Positions 45,464 to 55,244 are shown, counted from the stretch's first letter. The stretch: 64,000 nucleotides of DNA from Acidobacteriota bacterium (GCA_965217775.1 CBDCJH010000002.1:4448001-4512000), one strand, 5' to 3'. Notes: a model not told the origin generated them from the sequence alone. Program-made: numbers and translations.

Positions 45464-47338
45464 ATGAACAGACGCGAGTTCGTGACCTCGGGCGTTGTAG
45501 CCGCGGGAGGATTGGCGACCTCGGCATCCTGCGGCGGAGAGGAGACAATGACGAGTCCACCCAAAGCCACGGAGATCATGGGGCCCGCACGCCGGAATTC
45601 GCCCCTGCACCTTGCCGATCTGAATCGCTGCCTTCCGGCATCGTCCCTGAGCCGGGAGGGCCGGCTCTTCGGCTGGCGCATGATCGACTACGAGACGGAG
45701 AACTTCAAAGGGGTCATGCTCCGGGCCGGACCCGAGACGGCGGCGGCCGCGGTCGAATATCCCTTAGAGTTCCAGGGCTGGTACGACATCTACCTGGGAC
45801 TCTTCAACACCGCCTGGAGGCCGTATCCGGATCAGCGCCTCTGGGTGAAATTGACGGAAGACCCAGCCTTCAGCTGTCTCTTTCTCCAGGCCCCCAGCGT
45901 CGACAAGGGCCAGGTGATCCAAGACCTGTTCTGGAGGACGGCGGACCTGACGGGACAGCGTCTCAGCTTCAAGCAGGTCGCCACCGAGTTGATTCCCGCC
46001 GGGCATCCCTGCCGCAGCAACTGCGACACGGTCTGGGTCGCCTACATCAAATTGGTCCCCCTCGATCCCGACGAGGTCGAGGCACTCCAATCGGACCGGG
46101 TACAGACCGGCACCCGGCGGCTCTTCGCGACCCAGGACTGGGGTTCGGGTTTCGCTTGGGATGCCAGCGAGGGGGCTATCCGCGACATGTTGGAGGCCTA
46201 CCGGCACACGGATTTCAAACGGATCTACTGGGAGGGGGCCGCCGGTGACCTTTGCTCCTACTTCAGCCGGGTGGCCAGGACCTGGACTCCCGAGTACGCC
46301 CGAATGGAGGACTACCCGGTTCCCGCCTACCGACGGATCGTGGAGAACTTCACCGAGTACGAGCAGCGGGGGATCGATCCCTTCCGCGTCGCCATCGACT
46401 ACAGCCACGAACTGGGGCTCGAGTTCCACGCCAGCTACCGGTTCTGCGAGGGCATGGGACCGTTCCATTTTTCCCCGCCCTTCGACCAGATCAATCGGGG
46501 AGGGTTCTACGACCGGCATCCCGAGCTCAGGGCGGTGCGCCGGGATGGGAGCCGGGCGCCCAGGATCTCGTTGAGCTATCCGGAAACCCGGGAGTTTCTG
46601 ATCTCGCTCTTCCTGGAGATGGCCGAGTATCCCGTCGACGGGATCTCCATTCTCTACAACCGCCGGCCTCCCTTCGTCGAGTATGAGCCACCGCTGGTGG
46701 AGGGATTCCGGGAAGAGTTCGGGCAGGATCCCCGAGAGATCGACGAGAAAGATCCCCGTTGGCTCCGCTACCGGGCGAGTGTCCTCACCGAATTCATGCG
46801 GGAGCTCCGACAGAGACTGCACCGGCAGGCCCACCGCCAGGGACGCTCCCGGCCGGCCGCACTTTCGGCCTGGGTATTCGGCGGCGAAGAGGAAAACCTA
46901 TTCTACGCCATGGACGTCCCCGGTTGGATCCGGGAGGGCCTCATCGACGGCATCGTCCCCTACACCTCGGTCGAGGGGCTCTACAGTTGGGAGTTGGCCT
47001 GGGAAAGGGCCGAGGACATCGAGTACTGGCTGTCGCTGACCCGCGGGACGGAATGCGAGCTGGCCCTCAACGTCATGCCCAGGGCCTTGTCACCCGAGCA
47101 GTACCGGAGCAAATCCCACCAGTTGCTGAGGGCCGGCGTGCCCTATCTCGCCTTCTGGGACAGCTCCAAGACCTGGGCCGTCGACAAGATCGGCGAGGGT
47201 TCGTTCCAACACTTGCGCCGGCTCGGTCACACCGAGGAGCTGGCAGCCTGGATCCGCGCCGGCGAGCCGAGACTGGTCCACGCCTCGACGCCCCTGACCA
47301 AGGTGGGGGAGTGGGAGATGACGTTTATCGCCGAGTAG
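45464..47338 (+). CDS. Tat-exported (lipo)protein with GHL10/DUF187-like TIM barrel
   Basis: NRREFV Tat motif, SASC, GIDPF, GLEFHASYR, FYDRHPE, LSYPETR, VDGI, LTEFMRELR, DVPGWIREG. Confidence 0.7.
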   Translation: MNRREFVTSGVVAAGGLATSASCGGEETMTSPPKATEIMGPARRNSPLHLADLNRCLPASSLSREGRLFGWRMIDYETENFKGVMLRAGPETAAAAVEYPLEFQGWYDIYLGLFNTAWRPYPDQRLWVKLTEDPAFSCLFLQAPSVDKGQVIQDLFWRTADLTGQRLSFKQVATELIPAGHPCRSNCDTVWVAYIKLVPLDPDEVEALQSDRVQTGTRRLFATQDWGSGFAWDASEGAIRDMLEAYRHTDFKRIYWEGAAGDLCSYFSRVARTWTPEYARMEDYPVPAYRRIVENFTEYEQRGIDPFRVAIDYSHELGLEFHASYRFCEGMGPFHFSPPFDQINRGGFYDRHPELRAVRRDGSRAPRISLSYPETREFLISLFLEMAEYPVDGISILYNRRPPFVEYEPPLVEGFREEFGQDPREIDEKDPRWLRYRASVLTEFMRELRQRLHRQAHRQGRSRPAALSAWVFGGEEENLFYAMDVPGWIREGLIDGIVPYTSVEGLYSWELAWERAEDIEYWLSLTRGTECELALNVMPRALSPEQYRSKSHQLLRAGVPYLAFWDSSKTWAVDKIGEGSFQHLRRLGHTEELAAWIRAGEPRLVHASTPLTKVGEWEMTFIAE

Positions 47339-47463
47339 GAGGGGCGATTTCCAGTCGCCCACTCCTCGATGTCTCAATGGAAGTCCGGCGGCTGGAAAGC
47401 TGAAGAGGGGGACTTCCAGTCCCCCTTGACTCCCCGGAGCGGCGGTTGGAAACCGACGCTCCT
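47335..47463. repeat. REP cluster between convergent genes
   Basis: GTAGGAGGGGCGATTTCCAGTCGCCC, GGGGGACTTCCAGTCCCCC, GGCGGTTGGAAACCGACGCTCC. Confidence 0.8.
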
Positions 47464-47464
47464 T

Positions 47465-48655
47465 TCACTGCGGCCGGATCAGGCCTTGTTTTTCCCAGGC
47501 AGCCAGCCGCTGTTGAAGTTCCTGGGACGATTTATCGCCTGATTTGAGGGCGATGAAGCTCCGGAACTCCCGGGCGGCGCCGGCGAAGTCCTTTTTCTGA
47601 GCCAGGATGGCTCCGTGGACGTAGTGGCTTCCGGCGAGGTATCTCTTGGAACTGCTCTCCCGGACCGCCGTGATCGACTTCAGGGCTTGGTCCAGCCGGC
47701 CCAGTTGCAGGTTGGCGACGGCGCTGAAGTACTGGGCCCGCGTGATGTGCGGATTCAGGCCGATGACGTGCTCGCAATTGCGGGCCACTTCTTCCCAGGA
47801 CTCGTCCCGCACCGCCATCATGGCCAGAAACATGTAGGGACGCAGATACTTGGGATCGGCGTCGGCCGCCTTTTGGAAATGTGTCCGGGCCGTCTGCCGG
47901 TCCCGGAGAGCATGGTGACATCGACCCAGGAGATACCAGGCAGCGGCGAACTTGGGGTAGAGCTCGATGGCCTTTTCCAGGTTCCGGATGGCCTTCTGCA
48001 CGTCCCCCTGCTGCTGCTTCAGCTCCAGGTCGGCCTCCCGGTAATGCTGCTGCGCCTTCTTGGGGGCGGCCAGGGTGTTGAAGCTGATCGTCGATCCGCC
48101 AACGTGCTCCCGGCGCCTCAGTACGATCACTCCCACGTCCGAGCTGTCCATGTAGCCACGGATTCCCAGGGGAATGGAGTTGGACTGAAACCCGTCCAGC
48201 GCGGTCCGGATCACACAACCGCTGAGATCGTATCTCTGGGCTTCCTGGCGTTCCCCGGGAACGCGGGAAAAGGGATCGAAGGTGTCGGAGCCTCTTCCGG
48301 TGGGGTTCATGGCCTCTTCGCTGCCACCCAACTCGAAGCTGAAACGGCCTTCCTCTCCGTAGGTATGAGTCTCCCGCCGGACCGAGCCTCCGCAGGCCAA
48401 CTCGACGTTGAGGGACTCGGGGAGGGGATTTCCGTCCTCCAGGATCACCCGTCCCGCCAGCAGCAGCCGCTTCGGTACCTGGATGCGGTTATCGTCGAAG
48501 TTTCGACCGGTTAGTTCGGCGTCCTGCGGCCGGTCGTCGCTCCGGCCGAACAGAGGACCCGGCCGGACGTTCTGGGCCGGAGACACGGGTACCGGCAACA
48601 GGGACCCGACCAGCAACGCCGCCAACCAGATTCGGGTCAGCTCATTTCCAAACAT
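47465..48655 (-). CDS. Exported carboxypeptidase-regulatory-like plus TPR protein, paralog 2
   Basis: Signal peptide, GRVILEDG, VELACGG, LSGC, LAAPKKA, multiple TPRs. Confidence 0.85.
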   Translation of the reverse strand: MFGNELTRIWLAALLVGSLLPVPVSPAQNVRPGPLFGRSDDRPQDAELTGRNFDDNRIQVPKRLLLAGRVILEDGNPLPESLNVELACGGSVRRETHTYGEEGRFSFELGGSEEAMNPTGRGSDTFDPFSRVPGERQEAQRYDLSGCVIRTALDGFQSNSIPLGIRGYMDSSDVGVIVLRRREHVGGSTISFNTLAAPKKAQQHYREADLELKQQQGDVQKAIRNLEKAIELYPKFAAAWYLLGRCHHALRDRQTARTHFQKAADADPKYLRPYMFLAMMAVRDESWEEVARNCEHVIGLNPHITRAQYFSAVANLQLGRLDQALKSITAVRESSSKRYLAGSHYVHGAILAQKKDFAGAAREFRSFIALKSGDKSSQELQQRLAAWEKQGLIRPQ

Positions 48656-48674
48656 GAAAGGGTCGCCTGCCTGT

Positions 48675-49928
48675 CTATTGGACCGTTCGTTCGGCCTGGG
48701 TTGGGGACGGGCTGTGGGCCTGGATCAGACCCTGTTGCTCCCAGGCCACCAGATTCTCCTTGATCTGGGCCGCACCCCGGCCTTCCGGAGCGATCTTCAG
48801 GAAGTGCCTGAACTGTTCCGCGGCCGACTCGAAGTCCCCCTTGCGGGCCAGGACGGCTCCCCGGATGTAGTGGCTTCCGGACAGGAACCTGGAATCCTGG
48901 GTCTCCTGCACCTTGATGGCCGACGCTTCCGCCGCCTCCATTCGACCCAGGTTCAGACTGGCCACCGCGTGGTAGTACTGGCAACGCACCATGAACGGGT
49001 TCAACTCCACCACCTTGCCGCACAACTCGGAGACTCTCGGCCACGCGCCGGCCCGGACTTCCATGTCAACCAGCGACAGATAGGGACGAATGTAGTTCTC
49101 ATCCGACTCTATGGAGGCTTCGAAGGCTTGCCGGGCACCCTCTTCTTCCTGGTCGGCCATCCGGATCATGCCCAAAAGGTGCCAAGCGGCGGCGTACTTG
49201 GGATAGACCTGGATCGCCTTCTCCAGCTCTTTCCGAACCTTCGCCATATTTTTCTTTTCTTTCCTCAACTCCTTTTCGGCCTTGGCGTACGCCTTCCTGG
49301 CCTTCTTGGGAGCAGCCAGGGCGGTGAAACTCACCGTGGATCCGACGACCCCCTCCCTGCGTTTAACGACGATGGTGCCGATGTCGGGACGGTCCAGAGC
49401 CCTTCGCAGTCCCAACAGGATCCGGTCCGAAACGAAGCCGGGCAGATTGGCCCTCACCTCGCACCCGTTCAGGTCCATCTGTTCTCCACCGGCCCTATAT
49501 TCGCCTTGCGGAACTCGCGCGAAGGGATTCACGTTGTTGGCGTCGTTGCTTCCGACGCTGGCATCCAGGAACGCGGCGCTCGGCCGCGGACTCAAGTCGA
49601 AGCTGAAATGCCCCCCCTTGAAGGAATGGACCTGCCGCCGCACCGACCCGTGACAGACCAGCTCCACGACTATGGTCTCGGGGAACGGGCTCCCGTCCTC
49701 GGTCACCACCTTGCCCGAGAGGTACATGGGCCTGGCCATCCTCCGGTCTCGCATCTCTCCGGCCCGCTGCCTCCAGACCTGCTCGGCCGGCCCGTCGGCA
49801 TTTCTTCCGCGGGGTTGCCGGCTTGGCCCTTCACGGTCCCCCCGGCCTACGGAATCCTGCTGTCCCGGAAGGATCGAAGTGGCCACGGCCAGCACAATGC
49901 AACTTGCAAGGAAAGCTCTTGGCCCCAT
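48675..49928 (-). CDS. Exported carboxypeptidase-regulatory-like plus TPR protein, paralog 1
   Basis: Signal peptide, GKVVTEDG, VELVCHG, LNGC, LAAPKKA, multiple TPRs; AGGAGG RBS. Confidence 0.85.
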   Translation of the reverse strand: MGPRAFLASCIVLAVATSILPGQQDSVGRGDREGPSRQPRGRNADGPAEQVWRQRAGEMRDRRMARPMYLSGKVVTEDGSPFPETIVVELVCHGSVRRQVHSFKGGHFSFDLSPRPSAAFLDASVGSNDANNVNPFARVPQGEYRAGGEQMDLNGCEVRANLPGFVSDRILLGLRRALDRPDIGTIVVKRREGVVGSTVSFTALAAPKKARKAYAKAEKELRKEKKNMAKVRKELEKAIQVYPKYAAAWHLLGMIRMADQEEEGARQAFEASIESDENYIRPYLSLVDMEVRAGAWPRVSELCGKVVELNPFMVRCQYYHAVASLNLGRMEAAEASAIKVQETQDSRFLSGSHYIRGAVLARKGDFESAAEQFRHFLKIAPEGRGAAQIKENLVAWEQQGLIQAHSPSPTQAERTVQ

Positions 49929-50171
49929 GAGGCCTCCTGGCGTGGATGATTGCCTGATTTCGTCTTTGGGCTTTCAAAAGTTATATCACTTAGTCGAGAA
50001 CCGGTCCATGAAAGCCGGGAGGACAGAAGTTCGCCCACCGACAGCCGTATCCGGTCTTCTGTTTGGACTTTGGTGCCTGGAATTTGGAATTTCCTGGAAG
50101 GCGTGAGGGGACGCCGCAAATTTGCTAAGGTGGCGCCATTGGGAGATGTTTTATTCGGCGAGTTCGTTGAC

Positions 50172-50738
50172 ATGACAAGGCTGGAGTTGGAGAGCGGCGA
50201 AATCCAATCGGCGGCGGGTATCGGACGGGCGGTGGACTCGATTCTGGAGGGGAGAGGGACCACTCCCGTGGTCTTCGTCTCGGCCATGGGGATGACCCGG
50301 AAGCAGTTGCTCGAGGCCGGACGGAAATCTGCGGACCAGGATATGGTGGTGGCGACGACGCTGGCCGAAGGACTTCGGACCTACCACATTCAGGTCGCCC
50401 GTCAATTGACATCCGGGGAGAACTGGAGTGAGGCACGGCGGCGGTTGGGACTCATATTCCAGGACGTGACCGACCTGCTCAAGGGACTCCATCTGTTGGG
50501 GGAATTGAGCCCGCGGGCGGAACTCGTCGCCTCCTTCCATGGCCAGGCCCTGGCGGCGACGATTCTGGCCCAGAGCTTGAAGGAGCGGGACCAGGAGGCT
50601 CGGGCGCTGGTGGAGAGAAACCTGGCGATCGACCCGGACCAGTCGTCTCTGCTGGAAGAAGTCGGCCTCCTGGTGGCGGAAGGGACGGTTCCGGTACTGC
50701 CTCAGAGCTTGGCCGGAAGATTTTCCGGAAGTCCGTAG
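50172..50738 (+). CDS. Degenerate stand-alone aspartokinase N-terminal-lobe-like protein
   Basis: PVVFVSAMG, helical insert with H, LLKGLHLLGELSPR, HGQALAATIL, GTVPVL; KFGG, GRGGSD, TDV and ACT domains absent; alternative TTG start at 50139. Confidence 0.65.
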   Translation: MTRLELESGEIQSAAGIGRAVDSILEGRGTTPVVFVSAMGMTRKQLLEAGRKSADQDMVVATTLAEGLRTYHIQVARQLTSGENWSEARRRLGLIFQDVTDLLKGLHLLGELSPRAELVASFHGQALAATILAQSLKERDQEARALVERNLAIDPDQSSLLEEVGLLVAEGTVPVLPQSLAGRFSGSP

Positions 50739-50827
50739 TCTGAACTTGGCGTCGTCCCCACCAGACGCAATACGGACCAACAGGGCGGACTGCAGAGGGG
50801 ACGGGGGCGAAGGTAGAATAGGGGGAC

Positions 50828-51727
50828 ATGGGCCAGATCCATCCCCGTTGGAAAGAATACGCTGGGACGGCCGGGGCGGTGCTCCTCGGGGTGGTGTTCC
50901 TGATCGCCGCGTTCGCCAAGGCCTGGTATCCCGACGACTTTGGCGCCTTCATCGATCAGATCCGGCTAGAGCAACTGGATTTCCTGTTCACGGCCGTTCA
51001 GGTGGCGCTGATCGCGCTGGCCCTGGAGGCTGGGCTGGGGACGGCGCTGTTACTAGGTGTCCGGCACCTCGGCGTCCTGCTGCCCACAGTGGCCCTGGTG
51101 GTCTTCTTCATCTTCCTGAACGGACGCAACTACTGGCTCGTGTCCCAGGGACTGCGGGAACCCGGGAGTTGCGGTTGCTTCGGGTCCCTGATCGAGCGGA
51201 CTCCCGCGGAGGCGTTCTGGCAGGACCTTCTGCTGATGGTTCCCCTGACCCTCCTTTGTTTCTGGAGGAGGCGCAAATCGGAAGGTGTCCCGAGGAGGCG
51301 GCTCGCCGTGGCGCTGCTGGCGGCCCTGGGGGTCTCCCTCTGGGCCTCGCGGAGCCCCGATATCGATTACATCGAAGCCGCCCACCGGCTCGGTTCACTG
51401 GCCGAGACCTCCCGGTTCGTGCCCAGCGCGAGCTACTCCCTCACCATCGACGGCCGTCCCGATGAACGGGCCCGGATTTATGAATCGGAAGGGGCCAGCG
51501 CCTTTCTCATTCAGGTCCCCGGCCTGGACGGGCCGCTTCTGATGGACCTTCGCAGCAGCACCGTCCGTAGAATCGATCCGGATTCGGTCCGGACCGTCTC
51601 GGGAGACGCCTTGGAACTGATGGTTTCTCCGCGACGAGGCGAGGAGACACCGTTCACCCCCGGAGCCGGCGGTGTCCGCTTCGAGCTGGGGGGACAGAGA
51701 TTCACCCTGGGACCACCGGCCCGGTAG
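50828..51727 (+). CDS. MauE/DoxX family membrane protein with soluble C-terminal domain
   Basis: LGVVFLIAAFAK, EAGLG, SCGCFG motif, 5 TM segments, beta-rich C-terminus. Confidence 0.8.
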   Translation: MGQIHPRWKEYAGTAGAVLLGVVFLIAAFAKAWYPDDFGAFIDQIRLEQLDFLFTAVQVALIALALEAGLGTALLLGVRHLGVLLPTVALVVFFIFLNGRNYWLVSQGLREPGSCGCFGSLIERTPAEAFWQDLLLMVPLTLLCFWRRRKSEGVPRRRLAVALLAALGVSLWASRSPDIDYIEAAHRLGSLAETSRFVPSASYSLTIDGRPDERARIYESEGASAFLIQVPGLDGPLLMDLRSSTVRRIDPDSVRTVSGDALELMVSPRRGEETPFTPGAGGVRFELGGQRFTLGPPAR

Positions 51728-51742
51728 CCCCAACGCCGGGAT

Positions 51743-52471
51743 TCACGACGAGGGCATGCGCGTGAGGCGCGGCCTGACCTTGCACAGTTTCAACAACTCG
51801 AGCAGGCGGATGACGGGCCAAGCCGGGTCGATCTCGCTGAGACGAAGGCTCAGCTTGGGTGACGACGGAGCATGGTGGTGATTGTTGTGCAGCCCCTCGC
51901 CGGCGGTGATCCAAGCCACCCAACGAAGGTTGGTGGCCGTGTTGTGGAAGTTCTTGTAGCCCAGGACGTGGCAAGCGCCGTTGATCATGCCGTTGAGGAA
52001 GATGTAGACCGCCGCCTGCAGTAGAAACGTCACGATCCCGGCCAGCGGACCCAATAGCAGACCCGCGGCCAGCACACCCAGGAAAAGTCCCAGGTAGCCG
52101 TGACGGTGCATGAAATCCTCGAAACGGTTGGTGCGGATGTCCCGGGTGTACCGGGTCACGGTCTCCGGGTTGGCCGCTTCCTTGTGGTAAAGGTAGGCGT
52201 TGGTCAGCAGGACCTTCCAGAGACCTTCCAGCTGCGGACTATGGGGATCCCCGTGCTCGTCGGGAAACTGATGGTGCTTGCGGTGAACCGCGACCCACTC
52301 CCGCGGATCGATGGCGGTGTGCAACCAGAGCCAGAACTGCATGGCCATGGCCACCGAGGGATGTAACTTGAGGGCATGATGGGACATGTGCCGGTGAAGG
52401 TAGATGGTGGTGCACAGATTGGAAATCTGAACCACCACGGCCAGGTAGATGGCCGCATAGAGGAAAATCAT
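51743..52471 (-). CDS. Membrane fatty acid (delta-9 acyl-CoA-like) desaturase
   Basis: His boxes HRHMSH, HRKHH, GEGLHNNHH; DPHSP; AAGGA RBS. Confidence 0.93.
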   Translation of the reverse strand: MIFLYAAIYLAVVVQISNLCTTIYLHRHMSHHALKLHPSVAMAMQFWLWLHTAIDPREWVAVHRKHHQFPDEHGDPHSPQLEGLWKVLLTNAYLYHKEAANPETVTRYTRDIRTNRFEDFMHRHGYLGLFLGVLAAGLLLGPLAGIVTFLLQAAVYIFLNGMINGACHVLGYKNFHNTATNLRWVAWITAGEGLHNNHHHAPSSPKLSLRLSEIDPAWPVIRLLELLKLCKVRPRLTRMPSS

Positions 52472-52796
52472 TTTCAGGTCCTTTCTTCGACCATGGAAAG
52501 CCGGCGCCGAACGCCGGTGGGACGGGGAGACTCTGATCCGGGGATACGTACTCCCCGAGGAGATGCCGATACCGGCCGCCGAAGACTCACTTCCTGCAAC
52601 TTCTCACTGCTGCCGAACTCAGCCGCCGTCGATTCACTCCAATCCAACCCGGAACCAGGAGATCGGCAGCAAGTATACCACCTGGGAGGAGCAGTGAAAA
52701 ACGAGCCCCGAGGGCTCTCCCACCTCTCTTTTCTCTTATCTCACCGGTGCTGAAACCCCCGTTCTCATGTGCTATTCTCGCGGTTCGGAGGCATGT

Positions 52797-53801
52797 ATGG
52801 GACGACCGGTCACTTTGTTTACGGGGCAATGGGCGGACCTGGATTTCGACACCATGTGCCTCAAGGCCAAGGAGTTCGGCTACGACGGCCTGGAGCTGGC
52901 CTGCTGGGGAGATCACTTCGAGGTCGGTCGGGCGCTGGAAGAGGATTCCTACTGCCGGAATCACTGGGAGACGCTGAACCGGCACGGACTCCAGTGCTAC
53001 GCCATCAGCAATCACCTCGTGGGCCAGGCGGTCTGCGACAACATCGACGACCGCCACCAGGCCATCCTGCCCCCGTCGATCTGGGGAGACGGCGACCCGG
53101 AGGGCGTTCGGGACAGAGCCGCCCGGGAGATGGAGAACACGGCCCGGGCCGCGGCCGCGTTCGGGGTCAAAATCGTGAACGGGTTTACGGGAAGCGGCAT
53201 CTGGCACCTCCTCTACTCCTTTCCCCCGGTGGACCCGGAGACCATCGAGCGGGGTTTTCAGGATGTGGGCCGCCGCTGGCTGCCCATCCTCCAGGTGTTC
53301 CAGGACTGCGGCGTGCGGTTCGGACTGGAGGTCCATCCCACCGAGATCGCCTTCGACATCGCCACCGCCGAGAGAACCATTGAAGCCGTCGGCGGCCATG
53401 AAAGCTTCGGCTTCAACTACGATCCCAGCCATCTGGGCTACCAGGGAGTCGACTATGTGGACTTCATCCGGACCTTCCGGGACCGGATCGTCCACGTCCA
53501 CATGAAGGACGCATACTGGTCGCAGACGCCGACCCGGGCCGGTGTGTTCGGCGGGCATCTCCCCTTCGGACACCCGGACCGATTCTGGGACTTCCGGTCT
53601 TTGGGCCGGGGCAGCGTCCGTTTCGAAGAGGTGATCCGGGCCCTGAACGATATCGGATACGACGGCCCGCTCTCGGTGGAATGGGAAGACCCCGGCATGG
53701 ACCGGGAGCATGGAGCCACCGAGTCCGCCGCATTCGTCCGATCCATCGACTTCAAGCCCTCCGGTGTGGCTTTCGACGCCGCCTTTGCCAAGGAGGACTG
53801 A
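52797..53801 (+). CDS. Sugar phosphate isomerase/epimerase (xylose isomerase-like TIM barrel)
   Basis: [52 protein letters not shown]; GGAGG RBS. Confidence 0.92.
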   Translation: MGRPVTLFTGQWADLDFDTMCLKAKEFGYDGLELACWGDHFEVGRALEEDSYCRNHWETLNRHGLQCYAISNHLVGQAVCDNIDDRHQAILPPSIWGDGDPEGVRDRAAREMENTARAAAAFGVKIVNGFTGSGIWHLLYSFPPVDPETIERGFQDVGRRWLPILQVFQDCGVRFGLEVHPTEIAFDIATAERTIEAVGGHESFGFNYDPSHLGYQGVDYVDFIRTFRDRIVHVHMKDAYWSQTPTRAGVFGGHLPFGHPDRFWDFRSLGRGSVRFEEVIRALNDIGYDGPLSVEWEDPGMDREHGATESAAFVRSIDFKPSGVAFDAAFAKED

Positions 53802-53837
53802 CCGCCCTGGTTACGGGGCCGAGATCCTCGCCAGCCC

Positions 53838-55049
53838 ATGAACCGGCTCCTCTCCCTCCTGGTCCTCAACCTCAGCCTGCTGCAGGCCGAGGAGTGGCCC
53901 CAGTTTCGGGGTCCGGACGGACAGGGTCATTCGAGCGAAGAAAAACTGCCCCTGAACTGGTCCGAGGACGAGAACATCCGCTGGAAGGTCCCGGTCCCCG
54001 GATCCGGCTGGTCATCCCCGGTGGTTCGGAACGGCCGGATCTGGCTCACCGCCGCCCGGGATAAGGGCCGGTCCCTTCGAGTCGTTAGCCTGGAACTGGA
54101 AACCGGGAAGTTGCTTCACGACCTGGAGGTCTTTCGACGCAACGACCCGGGAAGCATCCACTCCAAGAACAGCTATGCGTCTCCCACCGCCTTGCTGGAG
54201 GGGGACCGGGTCTTCGTCCACTACGGCGCCAACGGGACGGCCGCGGTTTCGACCGATGGACGAGTGCTTTGGCGCCACCGGCTCGAGTACCAGCATGGAC
54301 ACGGACCGGGGGGGTCCCCGGTGCTGTTCGAGGACCTGCTCATCGTCGCCTGCGACGGGACCGACGTTCAGTACCTGGCCGCGCTGGACAAAGAAAGCGG
54401 CGAGCTCCGCTGGAAGACCCAGCGCCAGGGGTACATGGCCTATGCCACCCCCTTGATCATCCAGGTGGGGGACCAGGTCCAGTTGGTCAGTCCGGGTGGA
54501 CACCAAGTTGGCGCTTACGATCCGAGAAGCGGCGAGCCAATCTGGTGGATCGCCCACAACGGTTTCTCGGGGGTGCCCCGCCCCGTCTTCGGCCACGATC
54601 TGGTCTTCGTCGTCTCCGGGTACAACCGCCCCGTCCTCTACGCCGTCCGACCCGGCGGCAGCGGAGACGTCACCGAGAGCCACACCGCCTGGGAGCTTTC
54701 CCGGGGAGCTCCCCTGAATCCGTCACCGATCCTGGTGGGGGACGAGCTCTACGTGGTCAGTGACGTGGGGGTGGCGACCTGCCTGGACGCCAAGACCGGA
54801 AAGGTGCATTGGAAGCAGCGGCTGAGAGGCCGGTTCTCCGCCTCTCCCCTCTACGGAGCCGAACGGATCTACTTCCTCAACGAGACGGGAGAGACCTTCG
54901 TCGTCGCGCCCAGGAAGGCTTTTCGGGAGTTGGCGAGGAATCAGGTCGAGGGCCGCACTCTGGCCTCCCTGGCGGTCGCGGGTGAAACGCTGCTGTTGAG
55001 GACCGATACGCACTTGTATCGGATTGAACAGACTTCGGAAGAGTATTAG
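53838..55049 (+). CDS. Exported PQQ-binding-like beta-propeller protein
   Basis: Signal peptide then EEWPQFRGPDGQG, GWSSPVV, NSYASPT, LDKESG, CLDAKTG, SASP. Confidence 0.92.
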   Translation: MNRLLSLLVLNLSLLQAEEWPQFRGPDGQGHSSEEKLPLNWSEDENIRWKVPVPGSGWSSPVVRNGRIWLTAARDKGRSLRVVSLELETGKLLHDLEVFRRNDPGSIHSKNSYASPTALLEGDRVFVHYGANGTAAVSTDGRVLWRHRLEYQHGHGPGGSPVLFEDLLIVACDGTDVQYLAALDKESGELRWKTQRQGYMAYATPLIIQVGDQVQLVSPGGHQVGAYDPRSGEPIWWIAHNGFSGVPRPVFGHDLVFVVSGYNRPVLYAVRPGGSGDVTESHTAWELSRGAPLNPSPILVGDELYVVSDVGVATCLDAKTGKVHWKQRLRGRFSASPLYGAERIYFLNETGETFVVAPRKAFRELARNQVEGRTLASLAVAGETLLLRTDTHLYRIEQTSEEY

Positions 55050-55053
55050 TTCC

Positions 55054-55244
55054 AGGAGGGGCGGTTTCCAACCGCCCGGCTCCGTCGCAACAACACGATA
55101 ACGTGGGAGCGGGCGATTGGATGTCGCCCCTCCGCCTTTCCCAAGAGGGCGACTGGAAATCGCCCCTCCTGGGCGACAAGGATGTCGCCCCTCCTGGGCG
55201 ACTGGAAATCGCCTCTCCTGGGCGACAAGGATGTCGCCCCTCCT
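55054..55244. repeat. REP cluster ending in an A-B-A-B tandem array
   Basis: A = GGGCGACTGGAAATCGCCYCTCCT (55147, 55196); B = GGGCGACAAGGATGTCGCCCCTCCT (55171, 55220); preceded by an opposite-facing AGGAGGGGCGGTTTCCAACCGCCC. Confidence 0.88.

Noticed and set aside
50061-50098. Short TTTGGA/TGGAATT heptamer-like repeats
   Set aside because: Only a few degenerate units, with no associated gene or structure to support a function
55147-55244. Possible CRISPR array
   Set aside because: There are no unique spacers; the units are alternating REP palindromes
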